A stretch of 34,737 nucleotides of DNA from Macrostomum lignano. Its lineage: Eukaryota. A model generated the notes under the pieces. The model was given only the letters and a program-made list of their open reading frames with translations, was not told where the DNA came from and searched no databases. Location of the stretch: the NCBI GenBank assembly GCA_002269645.1, contig NIVC01004805.1, forward strand, positions 1-34,737, read 5' to 3'. Below are positions 1 through 11,430 of this stretch, piece by piece. The position numbers were made by a program, and so were the translations under genes. Every line of letters begins with the position of its first letter. Position 1 is the stretch's first letter.

Positions 1-1116
1 AACATCACGAATCAGCTTAGATTCTGACATGTACTCTTTTCTGTGAGCTGTTTTGCTGAGTACAATATTTACCACTTTTATGGTCTCTAATAGCACCCTT
101 CACCCTTCTTATACATTATTTCTTATACCAGAGTTAGTTGTTTATCAAATGGGAGCAATTAACTAACGATAGCAGTTAAACCATTTTCTATTGACTTGGT
201 CTATCAACTAATTAAATGCGCAGGCTTGTAGTCTAAAATGGTTTTACTGCTTTACACGCTCGTAAGCCGTAGCTCACGAGAGCCGCTTTTCACAGGGTAA
301 TAAAAGCTTGTTGTTGTTGCATTACTCCTTAAAAGTGCATATATTCAGGAGTTTAATATAGCGCGCAGATTGGCCAGACTTCTTAGCCAATCACGCATCG
401 GCAATTCTAGGATTGCAATCTGTGAAACTTACTCAGGCAGAATAAAACAAAACAAATTCAATTCAGACAATCTTCAAAACTCCTAAAACAATAAATTATT
501 CAGCTTCAGTAATACTTTATTTTTGCAACGCTTTATTCGCATTTCTGATTAACAGAGTAATAAAACAATCAGATAAGAGTTATCAATCAATCAGTCAGTC
601 AGTCAGTCAATCAGTCACTGGAACACACGCAAGTCAGAGAGGCAAGCAAAGCTACTCAATCAGTGATTATCAAACGCCATCGGTAGCAGTTGGACTCACC
701 ATCGGTTCTGCTGTGGAGCTCAAATGACAAAATCAAAAATTAAAACAATGAAAAGCGAGGCGATCGACAGAAATATTCGGCGAAATGTTTCAGCCAGCAG
801 TCCGCAAAAAGGGGATCAGGCCGCAGGGAGGATGATAAACAGTTTATAGCAGTGCAGGTGCGCTTAACCGATTGGTGCAGCTGCACCAGAGCAGTGCAGT
901 GCCCGGTGCGAGGGTGCAAATCCGCGGCTCCGATCCCTTTCCTCAGGGCAGTGCTGAACAGCCAAGCAAAAATAGCGAAAAAGTACACAAACCGTCAAGT
1001 AAAAGTGCAAGCGGTAAAAGAAATCTACATTTCGATACATATCGGTAGGTTGCATTCGCTGAAACTCTTGAAACTCAGTCTGTCCTTCTGTCTTTCTGTC
1101 TTAGTGTCTTTTCTAG

Positions 1117-1201
<85 letters not shown>

Positions 1202-1756
1202 TTCTGTCTTAGTGTCTGTCTGTCTATCTGTCTGTCTGTCTGTCTATTTTAGTGTTACTAAATAGCACATTAAACCATTTACATTTCCAGTTAAACAAAA
1301 GGTCTTCAGAACTTGGGCTCCAACAACCAAAGAGGAAATCCAAATAAATCAATATCTCAAAGCTCAATTCCATTGCCAACACTCACAGAGAAGTGCTAGA
1401 AGAAGTGGCTCATCAACATCAAAGACTCCGGAATGCTTGCAGTGTGCGCAGAGACGGATATGCATAGAAACAGCAGAGGTGCATTGATCAGTTCTGATTG
1501 TTAGTGCTGGATTTCAGTAAAAAATATTAGCTAAAACGGTATCAGTGAACATGATAAATGACAAGCATCGAATTTATGGCATTTTTATGTACCGGAAACC
1601 AAAATTAAATGAAATTTGGAAGTGAATCATGTTGCACATACAACAAATAATGTACTCATTTAGTATGACTGTTGTTAAATTAGAATGGATTGCTAATCTA
1701 CGATAGCATACAGTTAGACTAGCAATCCGCTTATAGATAAAATTTGTGCATAAAAA
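1..1756. mobile_element. Copy 1 (left end outside the window) of a dispersed repeat with an internal (TCTG)n; direct-orientation homolog of 17617-19460
   Basis: Position 1 (aacatcacgaatcagcttagatt) aligns to 17617. Collinear high similarity continues to ...ccgcttatagataaaatttgtg (about 1748 vs about 19452), after which the flanks differ. Confidence 0.85.
1078..1247. repeat. (TCTG)n microsatellite inside the dispersed repeat
   Basis: Direct reading; it produces the spurious SVCL-repeat part of ORF 852..1265. Confidence 0.97.
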
Positions 1757-2803
1757 TCGGCATACAGCTTCAGTGAGCATTCTGTTGACTTCGCGGACAC
1801 AGCGGTTGCCAGGTCATTAATATACACCAGTCAGAGGGTGGGGGCGAGAACGCTACCCTGTGGTAGTCCCTCGTGGAAGATGCGCTCCTTGCTAATGCTA
1901 ATGCTAATGCTAATGCTAATGCTAATGCTAATGCTAATGCTAATGCTAATGCTAATGCTAATGCTAATGCTAATGCTAATTGCTAATGCTAATGCTAAGG
2001 CTTGCTAATGCAGTTGTTCACGCACACTCTGGCTCGGCGATCCGTCAGAAAAGCTCGGATCCAGCGGATGACGTCTCTTTGGACGCCGAGTTCCCGCAGT
2101 TTCTTTTACAGTGCCGCGCGCCAGACTCTATCGTAGGCGCGGCTGAAGTCGAGAAGACAAAGAATGGGCCGGAGATGCGGGGTGGACTGTAATTTGTCGA
2201 AAATTTCCTGACAGGTGCTCGCAATCAATTCCTCCGTAGAGCGGCCCTTGCCTGAGGTTTCGAGGGCATGGCAGAGACGCTGGAGGACCAGCCGCTTTGC
2301 CAGTTTGGCTATACAACTCGTGAGGGCGACTGGGCGGTAGGAGTCAGGCTTGCTGGCGTCCTTTCCCTTTTTTGGAACGGAATGATGATGGCTCATTTCC
2401 ATTGCCAAGGACATTCCCCCTTCTGCCAAGAGCGGTTAGTGATGGACAGGGTCCTGTCATCCGTGGAGGGTGGGGCTGCTTTAGCATGTCATTGGTGACG
2501 CCATCCTGCCCGGGGGCCTTGCAGACTTGCGGATGGCATTACAGTGCTCCGGGTTGCTGAAGGGCGAGCAGATACCACTTCGAGCTCCGTGCCCGTCACA
2601 GCAGTGTTCTTTAAGCACCTCGTTGGCTGGTCGGGTCACTGGACGGTCCCTAGGGCTGGTTGCGACCCTGGAGACGGCGCTGTAGATCTGACAGAAAAGA
2701 TTCGCCTTCTCTAGATTGGTACTCGCTGGTCTGCTGGGTGCGACGGGTCCCATTTGGGGGGGGGGGAGACTCGCTGCTCGGGTTGCTTGGGCCTTCTCCC
2801 CGC
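1755..2803 (-). mobile_element. Non-LTR retrotransposon fragment, degenerate reverse transcriptase (I/Jockey-like group), truncated at both ends
   Basis: Minus-strand motifs in order: EKANLF; PKKGKDASKPDSYRPVALTSCIAK; LLDFSRAYDRVW; FLTDRRARV; then past the GCTAAT array GLPQGSVLAPTL*LVYINDL and LYAD. Stops and frameshifts are present. Confidence 0.9.
1891..1998. repeat. (GCTAAT)n hexamer array interrupting the RT coding sequence
   Basis: About 18 units. CTTGCTAATG is present at both 1888-1897 and 2001-2010. Confidence 0.97.
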
Positions 2804-2804
2804 A

Positions 2805-3235
2805 TTTGCTACTGAATGGCTAGAAGCAGCAAATGTGGGCATTTTTTATTGAATTTTTAAATCACTGATTCGAAAAGAGTAACTATTCGGGAAGCGGAAA
2901 TCATTCACTGTTTTTGTCTTTGCTTTTATCTCTGTGTTGGCTGGCGGGCGAGGTGGGTGAAGGAGTGAGGTGGGTGAAGGAGTGGGTGGGTAAAGAAGCG
3001 GGTGGGTGAAGAAGCGGGTGGGTGAAGGAGCGGGTGGGTGAAGAAGCTGGTGGGTGAAGGAGCGGGTGCGTGAAGGAGCGGGTGGGTGAAGGAGCGGGTG
3101 GGTGAAGGAGCGGGTGCGTGAAGGAGCGGGTGGTTAAGAGAGTGGGGTTAAAGTAGGCCTAATGTTACCTAGTGGATAAGGTTGATTTACTAATTTTTCG
3201 ACTGCATACAAAGCAAATCAGTTTAAAAAGATCAG
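2805..3235. mobile_element. Dispersed repeat, copy 1, with an internal G-rich ~16-bp minisatellite (GGTGGGTGAAGGAGYG); homolog of 20172-20990
   Basis: Flanks shared with the second copy: ttgctactga, atcattcactgttttt(t)gtctttgcttt, ggcgggcgaggtgggtgaa on the left; gactgcatac-aagcaaa-cagtttaaa on the right. Confidence 0.75.
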
Positions 3236-3257
3236 CCAAAACTGGTTTTTACTAATA

Positions 3258-3986
3258 ATACATAGATACATAGATACATAAATACATAGATACATAGATA
3301 CATAGATACATAGGTACATAGATGCATAGATACATATATACATAGATACCTAGATGCATAGGTACATAGGTACATAGGTACATTGGTACATAGGTACATA
3401 GATACATAGATGCATAGATACATAGATGCATAGATACATAGGTACATAGGTACATAGGTACATAGATACATAGGTACATAGGTACATAGGTACATAGGTA
3501 CATAGATACATAGATACATAGATACATAGGTACATAGGTACATAGATACATAGGTACATAGATGCATAGATACATATATACATAGATACCTAGATGCATA
3601 GGTACATAGGTACATAGGTACATAGGTACATAGATACATAGATACATAGATACATAGATGCATAGATACATAGGTACATAGGTACATAGGTACATAGGTA
3701 CATAGGTACATAGGTACATAGATACATAGGTACATAGGTACATAGATACATAGGTACATAGATGCATAGATACATATATACATAGATACCTAGATGCATA
3801 GGTACATAGGTACATAGGTACATAGGTACATAGATACATAGATACATAGATACATAGATACATAGATACATAGGTACATAGGTACATAGGTACATAGATA
3901 CATAGATACATAGGTACATAGGTACATAGATACATAGGTACATAGTTACATAGGTACATAGGTACATAGGTACTTAGGTACATAGG
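3258..3986. repeat. 8-bp tandem repeat (RTACATAG)n with higher-order duplication
   Basis: Direct reading. The variant block gatgcatagatacatatatacatagatacctagatgc recurs at 3321, 3561 and 3761. Confidence 0.97.
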
Positions 3987-5030
3987 TCCGACTAGGTAAG
4001 TAGGTTTTTTGAGACAATAAATTTTTTAAGTCTTTTCATTCTTCGCATCCAGCATCATTTTCGAAATGAATATTCGCCTCTACTACTTGTAAAAGTAGCA
4101 GTTAGCAGGTAATCATTAAGAAATTATTAATTTTGGGTAAATTATCTTCATTTCGAATGTGCATGCCCCAGCAAGTCAACGAATAATCGATGCACATGTG
4201 ACTGAATAAACAATAAACCTGTGTTTGGATGTGGCTTACAATGTTCAGACTTCAGGCTTCAGGCTTACAAGGTGGAAATTTTAGACGAGCATTTCATTCC
4301 AAAGATTATTTATTTATTAATTTGTAAGAAATTCTGCTTAACGTAATCTATTTTTAGTAACAAAGCAGCTAAAAGCAGAAAACTAGTGGGACGCCAAGGT
4401 CTGTTAAATAAAGCTACTCAAATCACTTAAAGGGTTGTTTGTGATTCCTCTTGTCACGTTTTCAGTACGTGAATTCTAGGATCTGCTTCAGGAATAACTT
4501 TTCATCCACATGGCCGGGGTGAGAGGGAATATCAGGCAATCTCCTCCTCTGGCAAGCATGCTTTTGCTATTTTAGTAGCTAAATAGCTAACCCTCAGGAA
4601 AGCCTGCTTATAGATTTATACATGCCTTAGAAGAGAAAGTAAACTGGTTCCATTTGCTAGTGGTGCGCATAGCAACTTATTAATGTAATTATCTTAATTG
4701 AACTTAATTGATTTAATTAATATGTGTGTAAAAATACAAAATTAAATATAAAATTTTAAACAATAGTTTTTAGCCAGGTGTATTAAATATATAAAGATAA
4801 TTAACATTGAAACAATTGTATTGATAAAATGTATCAGTATGTAGCAGTGTTAAGTAATTATGAGGCGTGAAGGCAGCAGTTCCGAAGGTTTGTTTTTGTT
4901 TAGCAGTTTAGGTTTTGAGTGTAGTTAGGCTTGTTAGACTTGAGTACATATAGTGTCGGGTGGCTTTATTTAATTTCATAGAAAATTATAAATTTCGGAA
5001 ATATTCGGAAAGCATGTGCTCAGCAGGAGG

Positions 5031-5996
5031 GAAACACAGAGAGGGGAGGCAGAGAGACACAGAGAGGGGAGGCAGAGAGACACAGAGAGGGGAGGCAGAG
5101 AGACACAAAGAGGGGAGGCAGAGAGACACAGAGAGGGGAGGCAGAGAGACACAGAGAGGGGAGGCAGAGAGACACAGAGAGGGGAGGCAGAGAGACACAG
5201 AGAGGGGAGGCAGAGAGACACAGAGAGGGGAGGCAGAGAGACAGAGAGGGGAGGCAGAGAGAAACAGAGAGGGGAGGCAGAGAGACACAGAGAGGGGAGG
5301 CAGAGAGAAACAGAGAGGGGAGGCAGAGAGACACAGAGAGGGGAGGCAGAGAGACACAGAGAGGGGAGGCAGAGACACAGAGAGGGGAGGCAGAGAGACA
5401 CAGAGAGGGGAGGCAGAGAGACACAGAGAGGGGAGGCAGAGAGACACAGAGAGGGGAGGCAGAGAGACACAGAGAGGGGAGGCAGAGAGACACAGAGAGG
5501 GGAGGCAGAGAGACAGAGAGGGGAGGCAGAGAGAAACAGAGAGGGGAGGCAGAGAGACACAGAGAGGGGAGGCAGAGAGAAACAGAGAGGGGAGGCAGAG
5601 ATCAGAGAGGGGAGGCAGAGAGACACAGAGAGGGGAGGCGAAGAGACACAGAGAGGGGAGGCAGAGAGAGAGACACAGAGAGGGGAAGCAGAGAGAGAGA
5701 CACACAGAGAGGGGAGGCAGAGAGAGAGACACAGAGAGGGGAGGCAGAGTGAGAGACACAGAGAGGGGAGGCCGAGAGAGACAGACACAGAGAGGGGAGG
5801 CAGAGAGAGAGAGAGACACAGAGAGGGGAGGCAGAGAGACAGAGAGGAGAGGCAGAGAGACAGAGAGGGGAGGCAGAGAGAGAGACACAGAGAGGGGAGG
5901 CAGAGAGAGAGAGACACAGAGAGGGGAGGCAGAGAGAGAGAGACACAGAGAGGGGAGGCAGAGAGACACATAGAGGGGAGGCAGAGAGGAAGACAC
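5031..5996. repeat. Purine-rich ~23-bp minisatellite (GAGAGGGGAGGCAGAGAGACACA)n
   Basis: Direct reading; it is open in several frames on both strands and explains ORFs 4960-6072. Confidence 0.97.
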
Positions 5997-7228
5997 GGTT
6001 AAATTGCCTTATATAGAAAGTGTTGTTTACACGGAAATTTCTAGAAGGCTGGATACGATAACAGTCCCCCACCGCCGGGGTTGGAGTCCTGACGGAGTAA
6101 GGGAGAAGTATCTACTTTACATTTACAGAGATGGACCTTGATACAATCGCCTGCTAGTACTGGGTGATACATATACTTCAGGTAGCGACATGTAGGTGTG
6201 GTGCTGTCACAAATGTTCATGTTACAATGCTACCAGAATTTCTATTATTGAATCAATAATTTCGGAAACAATCAGGTACTTGTGTATTTTTAGTAACCGA
6301 GAAGCTATAAACTAAGGACAGAAAATCGGTCAGGAAGTCACATGTTTACCTCACATATATACACTCATGATTTGTCTGTGGCGTTTCCAACTATGTATGG
6401 CATTCACCGCTGGCATGCGATGAGCCGCGCCGAAGGTAAACAAGCCGTGTTTAGCATTACTGCAGCCTTCGGCTCGCTGCCATAAATAGGTGCCAATCTT
6501 TCTAAAAAAAGGGATCGAGTGGAATTTAAATGAGGTAAAATTATAAATGTATCGCCAACACGACAATCATTGAAATTAATTGAAATTGAAGCCCGGACCG
6601 TATTGTGTACTGCGTGAAACTATGCAAAATGCACAGAAGTGTTCTGTGTCTCCATGCGCTCGAATAGAAACAAACTTTTTATTGAAATTCAAGAGAAAAA
6701 CAAGAGAAAAGCTGAGTAACTATACAAAAGATAATTGTTTAAAAACAATTCACTGCACTTTTTGCGATCCTTGATTGAGTTAAAGAATAACATATATGAC
6801 AAAGCAATAACGTTTCTGTGAAACATGGCAGCAGAAAACCCAGTGTCAAAGCAAAGATAATAATAATAATTTGACTACACCTTTCTTAACGTGTGTAGCG
6901 AGTGAATCAAAACGCAGTGGAATTTGTTTTGTTGAAGTGAGATAGAACGGTTGTAAACCCTTGACGGGCTCTAACTTCGGCTTTATTCGATTTTAGAGAC
7001 AGTAACGAGAACAGCTTAAGAATATCGTCTAGGGCCAAAAGGGACTCGCTGCTAGCTGATTAATGCTTCTCACTGCTACAAGATACTGATGCAAGATGAT
7101 ACAAGATCACTGATGATGAAGTACATCACTATGCATTATCTAATCGGAGACAAAAAGTTCGAACAGCGCAGGGGAACGAGTAGGTAAGCATTGCAGATGT
7201 CATAGGTTGATCAGTTTATGAACACTGT

Positions 7229-8407
7229 TCAGGTATTGCTAGGTGGACTGTCTTTCTGGAAAACTTGCACGGAGGTCTCGCTCTTGAATCGCACGCGATT
7301 TGCGCTGCGCGACCTTGTGTTAGAGGCGGGAGCGTCGCTTGGCGGGGCCGGTGTAGCTGCTGGCTGCTCTTGTTGGGCTGTTGGTAGGGTGGCGGGCTTG
7401 ACACGATCGATCGAACCTACGGTAGGCTTGCCGTTGATCTTGAGTATCATTGTGGTGTCGTACCTGTCCAGTACCGCGTACGGGCCTTGGTAAGGAGCCT
7501 CCAGGGGTCGTCGCACCCGGTCCAACCGCAACCAGACGTGTGTGCACGAACTCAGCGCGGCTGGCAGATGCACGGCTATCTCGCGCGTTCTCAGCTGCCG
7601 GTATGGGAAGAAAAGCTGATGTAGGCTAGTCGAGAGCTCCTTGAGCGCAGAAGTGTCGGTGACGACTGGTGGGACCAGCGGTTGCTCACCCGTAACAACG
7701 GAAAACGGAGAGGCACCTGACTCATCTGGGAAAATGCGCATGCCCAGGAGCACGACGGGCAGCTGCTGCAGCCAGTTCTTGCCGCGCGCCTTCAAACCGA
7801 GCTTCAGCGTCCGGTGTGCACGTTCGATGACACCGTTTGCTCTCGGATTATAGGCTGAAGTGCGGATGTGGTGGATGCCGAGTAGGTCCGTCAAGTTTCT
7901 TATGAGCTCCGCTCGGAATTGGGATTCCTGGTCACTGATCATCGTCAAAGGTGGGCCGAACCGAGAAATCCAGGTTTCCAGGAAGGCTCGTGCGACTGAT
8001 GTGGCGGCAATGTTCGAAAGCGGTGCTGCCTCGAACCAGCGTGAGTAGGCATCGATCATGGTGAGTAGGTAGCAAGGCTTCGGGCCGGGGTCTTTAGACT
8101 CAGGAGGCGGTAACGGTCCGACCAGGTCAATGTGTATCGTCGTGAAGGGGTCTTCAGACTCAGGAGGCGGTAACGGTCCGATCAGGTCAATGTGTACCGT
8201 CGTGAATCTCTGAGATGGCACAGGCAGCTGCTGCAGTGGGCGTTGAACATGTCGTCCAGTCTTGCACTGCTGGCATTGTTGGCACTCGGCTACCCACTTG
8301 CGAATGTCGGCACCCATTAGCGGCCAGAAGAAAACGATAGCTAATGAGCCGTTGCGTAGCTTTTCTGCCGGGCTGTGCGAACGAATGCAGCGAGTTGAAC
8401 ACCGCAC
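7229..8407 (-). pseudogene. Retroviral-type integrase with a GPY/F motif and an internal 60-bp duplication
   Basis: CQQCQQCK zinc-finger half, D/D/E residues, PYQGPY. The H-x4-H half reads LHSFAQPG in the upstream frame, so the zinc finger is split by a frameshift. Confidence 0.9.
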
Positions 8408-10565
8408 ATCGTAGTACTTCAGGAACTACGGGACACGGGTTAGTCTGCAAAGTCTGACAGCGTAATGGGTTATCTTTAATTCCGACATCGAAGTTGCTGA
8501 ACAAGCCTCCTGGCGGATCGTTGGCGGGTAGACTGTCTTTCTGGGCTCGCGCGATAGCTGGCAAATCCACCGAGGGCGGGATGTCAGCTAGCAGTCTTTC
8601 GGACGATGGTGGCTGCGCTTCGGAGGTGACGTTGGGACGAGATAGTGCATCGGCAACCACGTTGTCCCTACTGGCAATGTGAACGATGTCGCTGACAAAT
8701 TCAGTGATCACGGATAGGTGGCGTTGCTGTCGGTCCGAAAAACGCTCCTTTCTGTTGCCGAAGGCTCCGATGATAGGCTTGTGGTCGCAGAACACAGTTG
8801 TCCGCTGGCCTTGAATCATGTGCTTCCAGGCCTTGACAGCGGCGACGATGGCGAGGAGTTCCCGATCGAAGGTGCTGTACGCAGCCTCGGTACCGGACAG
8901 TTTCCGCGAGTAGAAAGCTAGGGGTGTAGACTGGCCGTCCACCACTTGATGTAGAGCACCACCGATGGCAGTCGAGCTGGCGTCCGTTGTGATGGTAAAC
9001 GTAGCCTGGGGATGCGGAAAGGCGAGCGTGACCGCTTCCGTGAGGCTGTTCTGAAGCGCTTTCCAGGCGCGACCGTGGTGCTCCGTCCAGACGAATGTCA
9101 TTGAGACGAGCTGCCGCAATGGTAGGACGGTCTTTGCGTAATCAGGGATGCACCGTTGGTAAAATCCAAACATCCCGAGGTAGCGCTGCAAGGCCTGGTG
9201 GTCAGTAGGAGGTGGCAGCTGTCGGAGGGCCTCGACACGGTGGGGCAGGGGCCGAATGCCCTCCGCAGACACGAGATAGCCGAGAAACTCTACAGACTCG
9301 CGGAAAAACCGACACTTGTCCGAATTTACTCCCAAACCTTTGTCTGTAAGTCGTTGCAGCACTGTTTCAATGTGTACTTGGTGCTCTTCCCGAGACCTGC
9401 TGTGCACTAGTATGTCGTCGATGTAGGTAGAAACAAATGGTAGGTCCCGAAACACGGAGTCAACATATCGCTGAAACGTGCTAGCGGCGTTCTGGAGGCT
9501 AAAGGGCATCCGCAGGTATTCGAACGAGCCGAACGGGGTACAAATCGCCGTCTTCTCGATGTCCTCATCTGCCATCGGAACGAAGTGATAGGCCTTGACG
9601 AGGTCAAGGGTGCTGAAAACTTTCGCACTGTGCAGCTGATGATGGAAATGGTTGATATTAGGGATAGGGTAGCGGTCTGGCTTGGTTGCCGCGTTTAAGG
9701 CTCGATAGTCTCCGCAAGGTCTCCAGGAGCCGTCCTTTTTCTTCACCATGTGAAGCGGGGAGGCCGACAGACTGGCGGAGGGGCGGACGATGCCAAGGCG
9801 CAGTGAGCTTGTCGAACTCCGCTTTTGCAACCGCGAACTTGGCAGGGGCAAGCGGTCGCGGTCGACAAAAAATGCGCTCGCCAGTGGTCTCAAAACGATG
9901 CCGAACCGACGTGGCGGGTGCTGCGGTGTAGTCCGGAGCTTCCAGAACTCGAGGGAACCGAGCAAGCGGTGTGGTGGGCTCAAGCAGCGTGTTGGCGTTG
10001 ATTTGAGGGACTGAATCACTAGAAGAACAGAGAGTCGCACGCAAAGATGTCACAGGGTCTTGAATGCGCCGTGAATTCAGGTCAATTAGGAGACCGAGCT
10101 TGAGGAAGAAATCTGCACCGAGGATTGGCGCAGTACTAGTAACAATGAACGTCGCAAGGGTATAGTCTAGGTTCGGATTTTGCCGCCTTCGACGCCACAA
10201 AGCTTGACATAAGTGGGTACGAGTAGATTTTGAGGAACAAACTGCAAAGGAAGGAGCGACCGTTCGGCGCCGGTGTCAACGATGAACGAAACGGGCGCAC
10301 GGAGAACTTGGCAACGAAGCAGCAACGTGGTGGCCTTTGACGGGTCGCGGCTCGGCCGAGGCACATGACCGACTATTTTGACGCCTGGCTTGGCGTCGGG
10401 CTGGACGCCCGGGACTGAACCGGAGTGGGCTGACGGCTGGCCAGCAGTGTCGGCGGTTTCGAGCCTGGCCACTGGCACCATGGTCGACAGGTGCGAGCAT
10501 CGGCAGCGTAGTAGAGATGACCGTTGCAGATCTTGGGTCGTCGGCGTGAGTTCCGGTTGGAGCAC
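8187..10565 (-). pseudogene. pol: Pol: aspartic protease, RT and RNase H, split over three reading frames
   Basis: ORFs 10167..10565 (DTG), 9658..10200 (ILGADF, RPRPLAP) and 8187..10040 (YIDD, RNase H) join only through frameshifts. Confidence 0.9.
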
Positions 10566-10744
10566 GAGTCGTCGGGCTTCCTGTTACGAAAAGAACCAGC
10601 GTTGCCTCTCAGGTGCTCTTGGCCGGTGGCCGAGGTGCGGTTTACAGAGGCGAACGGGGTGGCGCAACCGGCGACAGCCAGCATGCTGTCGGCGATCTTT
10701 GCAAACGCGTTCAGCTCCGCCATTTCCCGACCGACCACCGCCAC
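10373..10744 (-). pseudogene. gag: Gag C-terminal fragment with a CHCC zinc knuckle
   Basis: LNAFAKIADSML followed by ICNGHLYYAADARTCRPWCQWPG. The N-terminal part of gag is missing and a SINE abuts it. Confidence 0.75.
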
Positions 10745-10925
10745 ACACCCTCAATTACCCCAGCTAATGCTGGCACCCATTTTACAGCTTGGTGAACTGA
10801 AGCAATGCAGAGTTGAATTGAGTGTCTTCCTCAAGGACAGAATTGTTCCGAATGGGACGAGAATCGAACCTCTGATCTTTCAGTCGTGAATCCGACGCTC
10901 TAACCACTATAACCCCACAACCCCA
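10740..10925 (-). mobile_element. tRNA-headed SINE, copy 1
   Basis: Minus strand shows an A-box-like TAGTGGTTAGAGCG, a B-box-like GGTTCGATTC and a body CAGTTCACCAAGCTGTAAAATGGGTGCC reminiscent of the CORE-SINE central motif. A second copy is at 28468-28606. Confidence 0.8.
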
Positions 10926-10967
10926 TAAAAGCTGGAGAAGCAGTAGAATCATAGATAAACAGGTTAC

Positions 10968-11430
10968 ACTCTGAATAATTAACAAATTTAAACATTCCAA
11001 AAGTCTGAATAATTAACAAATTTTAACATTTCAAGTCTGAATAATTAACAAATTTTAACATTTCAAGTCTGAATAATTAACAAATTTTAACATTTAAAGT
11101 CTAAATAATTAATAAATTTTAACATTCCAAAAGTCTGAATAATTAACAAATTTTAACATTTAAAGTCTGAATAATTAACAAATTTTAACATTTAAAGTCT
11201 AAATAATTAATAAATTTTAACATTCCAAAAGTCTGAATAATTAACAAATTTTAACATTTAAAGTCTGAATAATTAACAAATTTAAACATTTCAAGTCTGA
11301 ATAATTAACAGATTTTAACATTTAAAGTCTAAATAATTAATAAATTTTAACATTTCAGGTCTGAATAATTAACAAATTTTAACATTTCAGGTCTGAATAA
11401 TTAACAAATTTTAACATTTCAAGTCTGAAT
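10968..11430. repeat. AT-rich ~31-32-bp minisatellite (AAGTCTGAATAATTAACAAATTTTAACATTT)n
   Basis: Direct reading. Confidence 0.95.

Larger units (their letters stand above)
7229..10740 (-). mobile_element. Ty3/Gypsy LTR retrotransposon internal region (CsRn1-clade-like), 5'-truncated and frameshifted: gag C-terminus, protease, RT, RNase H, integrase
   Basis: Gag knuckle C-NG-H-LYYAADART-C-RPW-C (Cx2Hx9Cx3C); protease FIVDTGAERS and ILGADF; [13 protein letters not shown] and YIDDILV; RNase H TDASS, DRELLA, CDHKP, ADALSR; integrase HIDLVGP, SDQESQF, NGVIERAHRTLK; GPY/F motif PYQGPY. The PR-RT-RH-IN order is that of Gypsy. Confidence 0.95.

Noticed and set aside
3232-6072. Long ORFs of 180-337 aa (MYLC..., RETQRGEAE..., SLCLPSL...)
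   Set aside because: They are translations of 8-bp and 23-bp tandem repeats and are open on both strands only because the units lack stops.
6930-7228. 3' LTR of the Gypsy element (minus-strand AATAAA near 6985, possible ...CAACA end near 6930)
   Set aside because: There is no clear polypurine tract after the integrase stop, and no second LTR in the window to confirm the boundaries. It remains possible but unsupported.
10855-10925. tRNA gene
   Set aside because: A- and B-box-like motifs are present, but the acceptor and anticodon stems pair poorly and the sequence continues into a body repeated at 28468. It is a SINE head.
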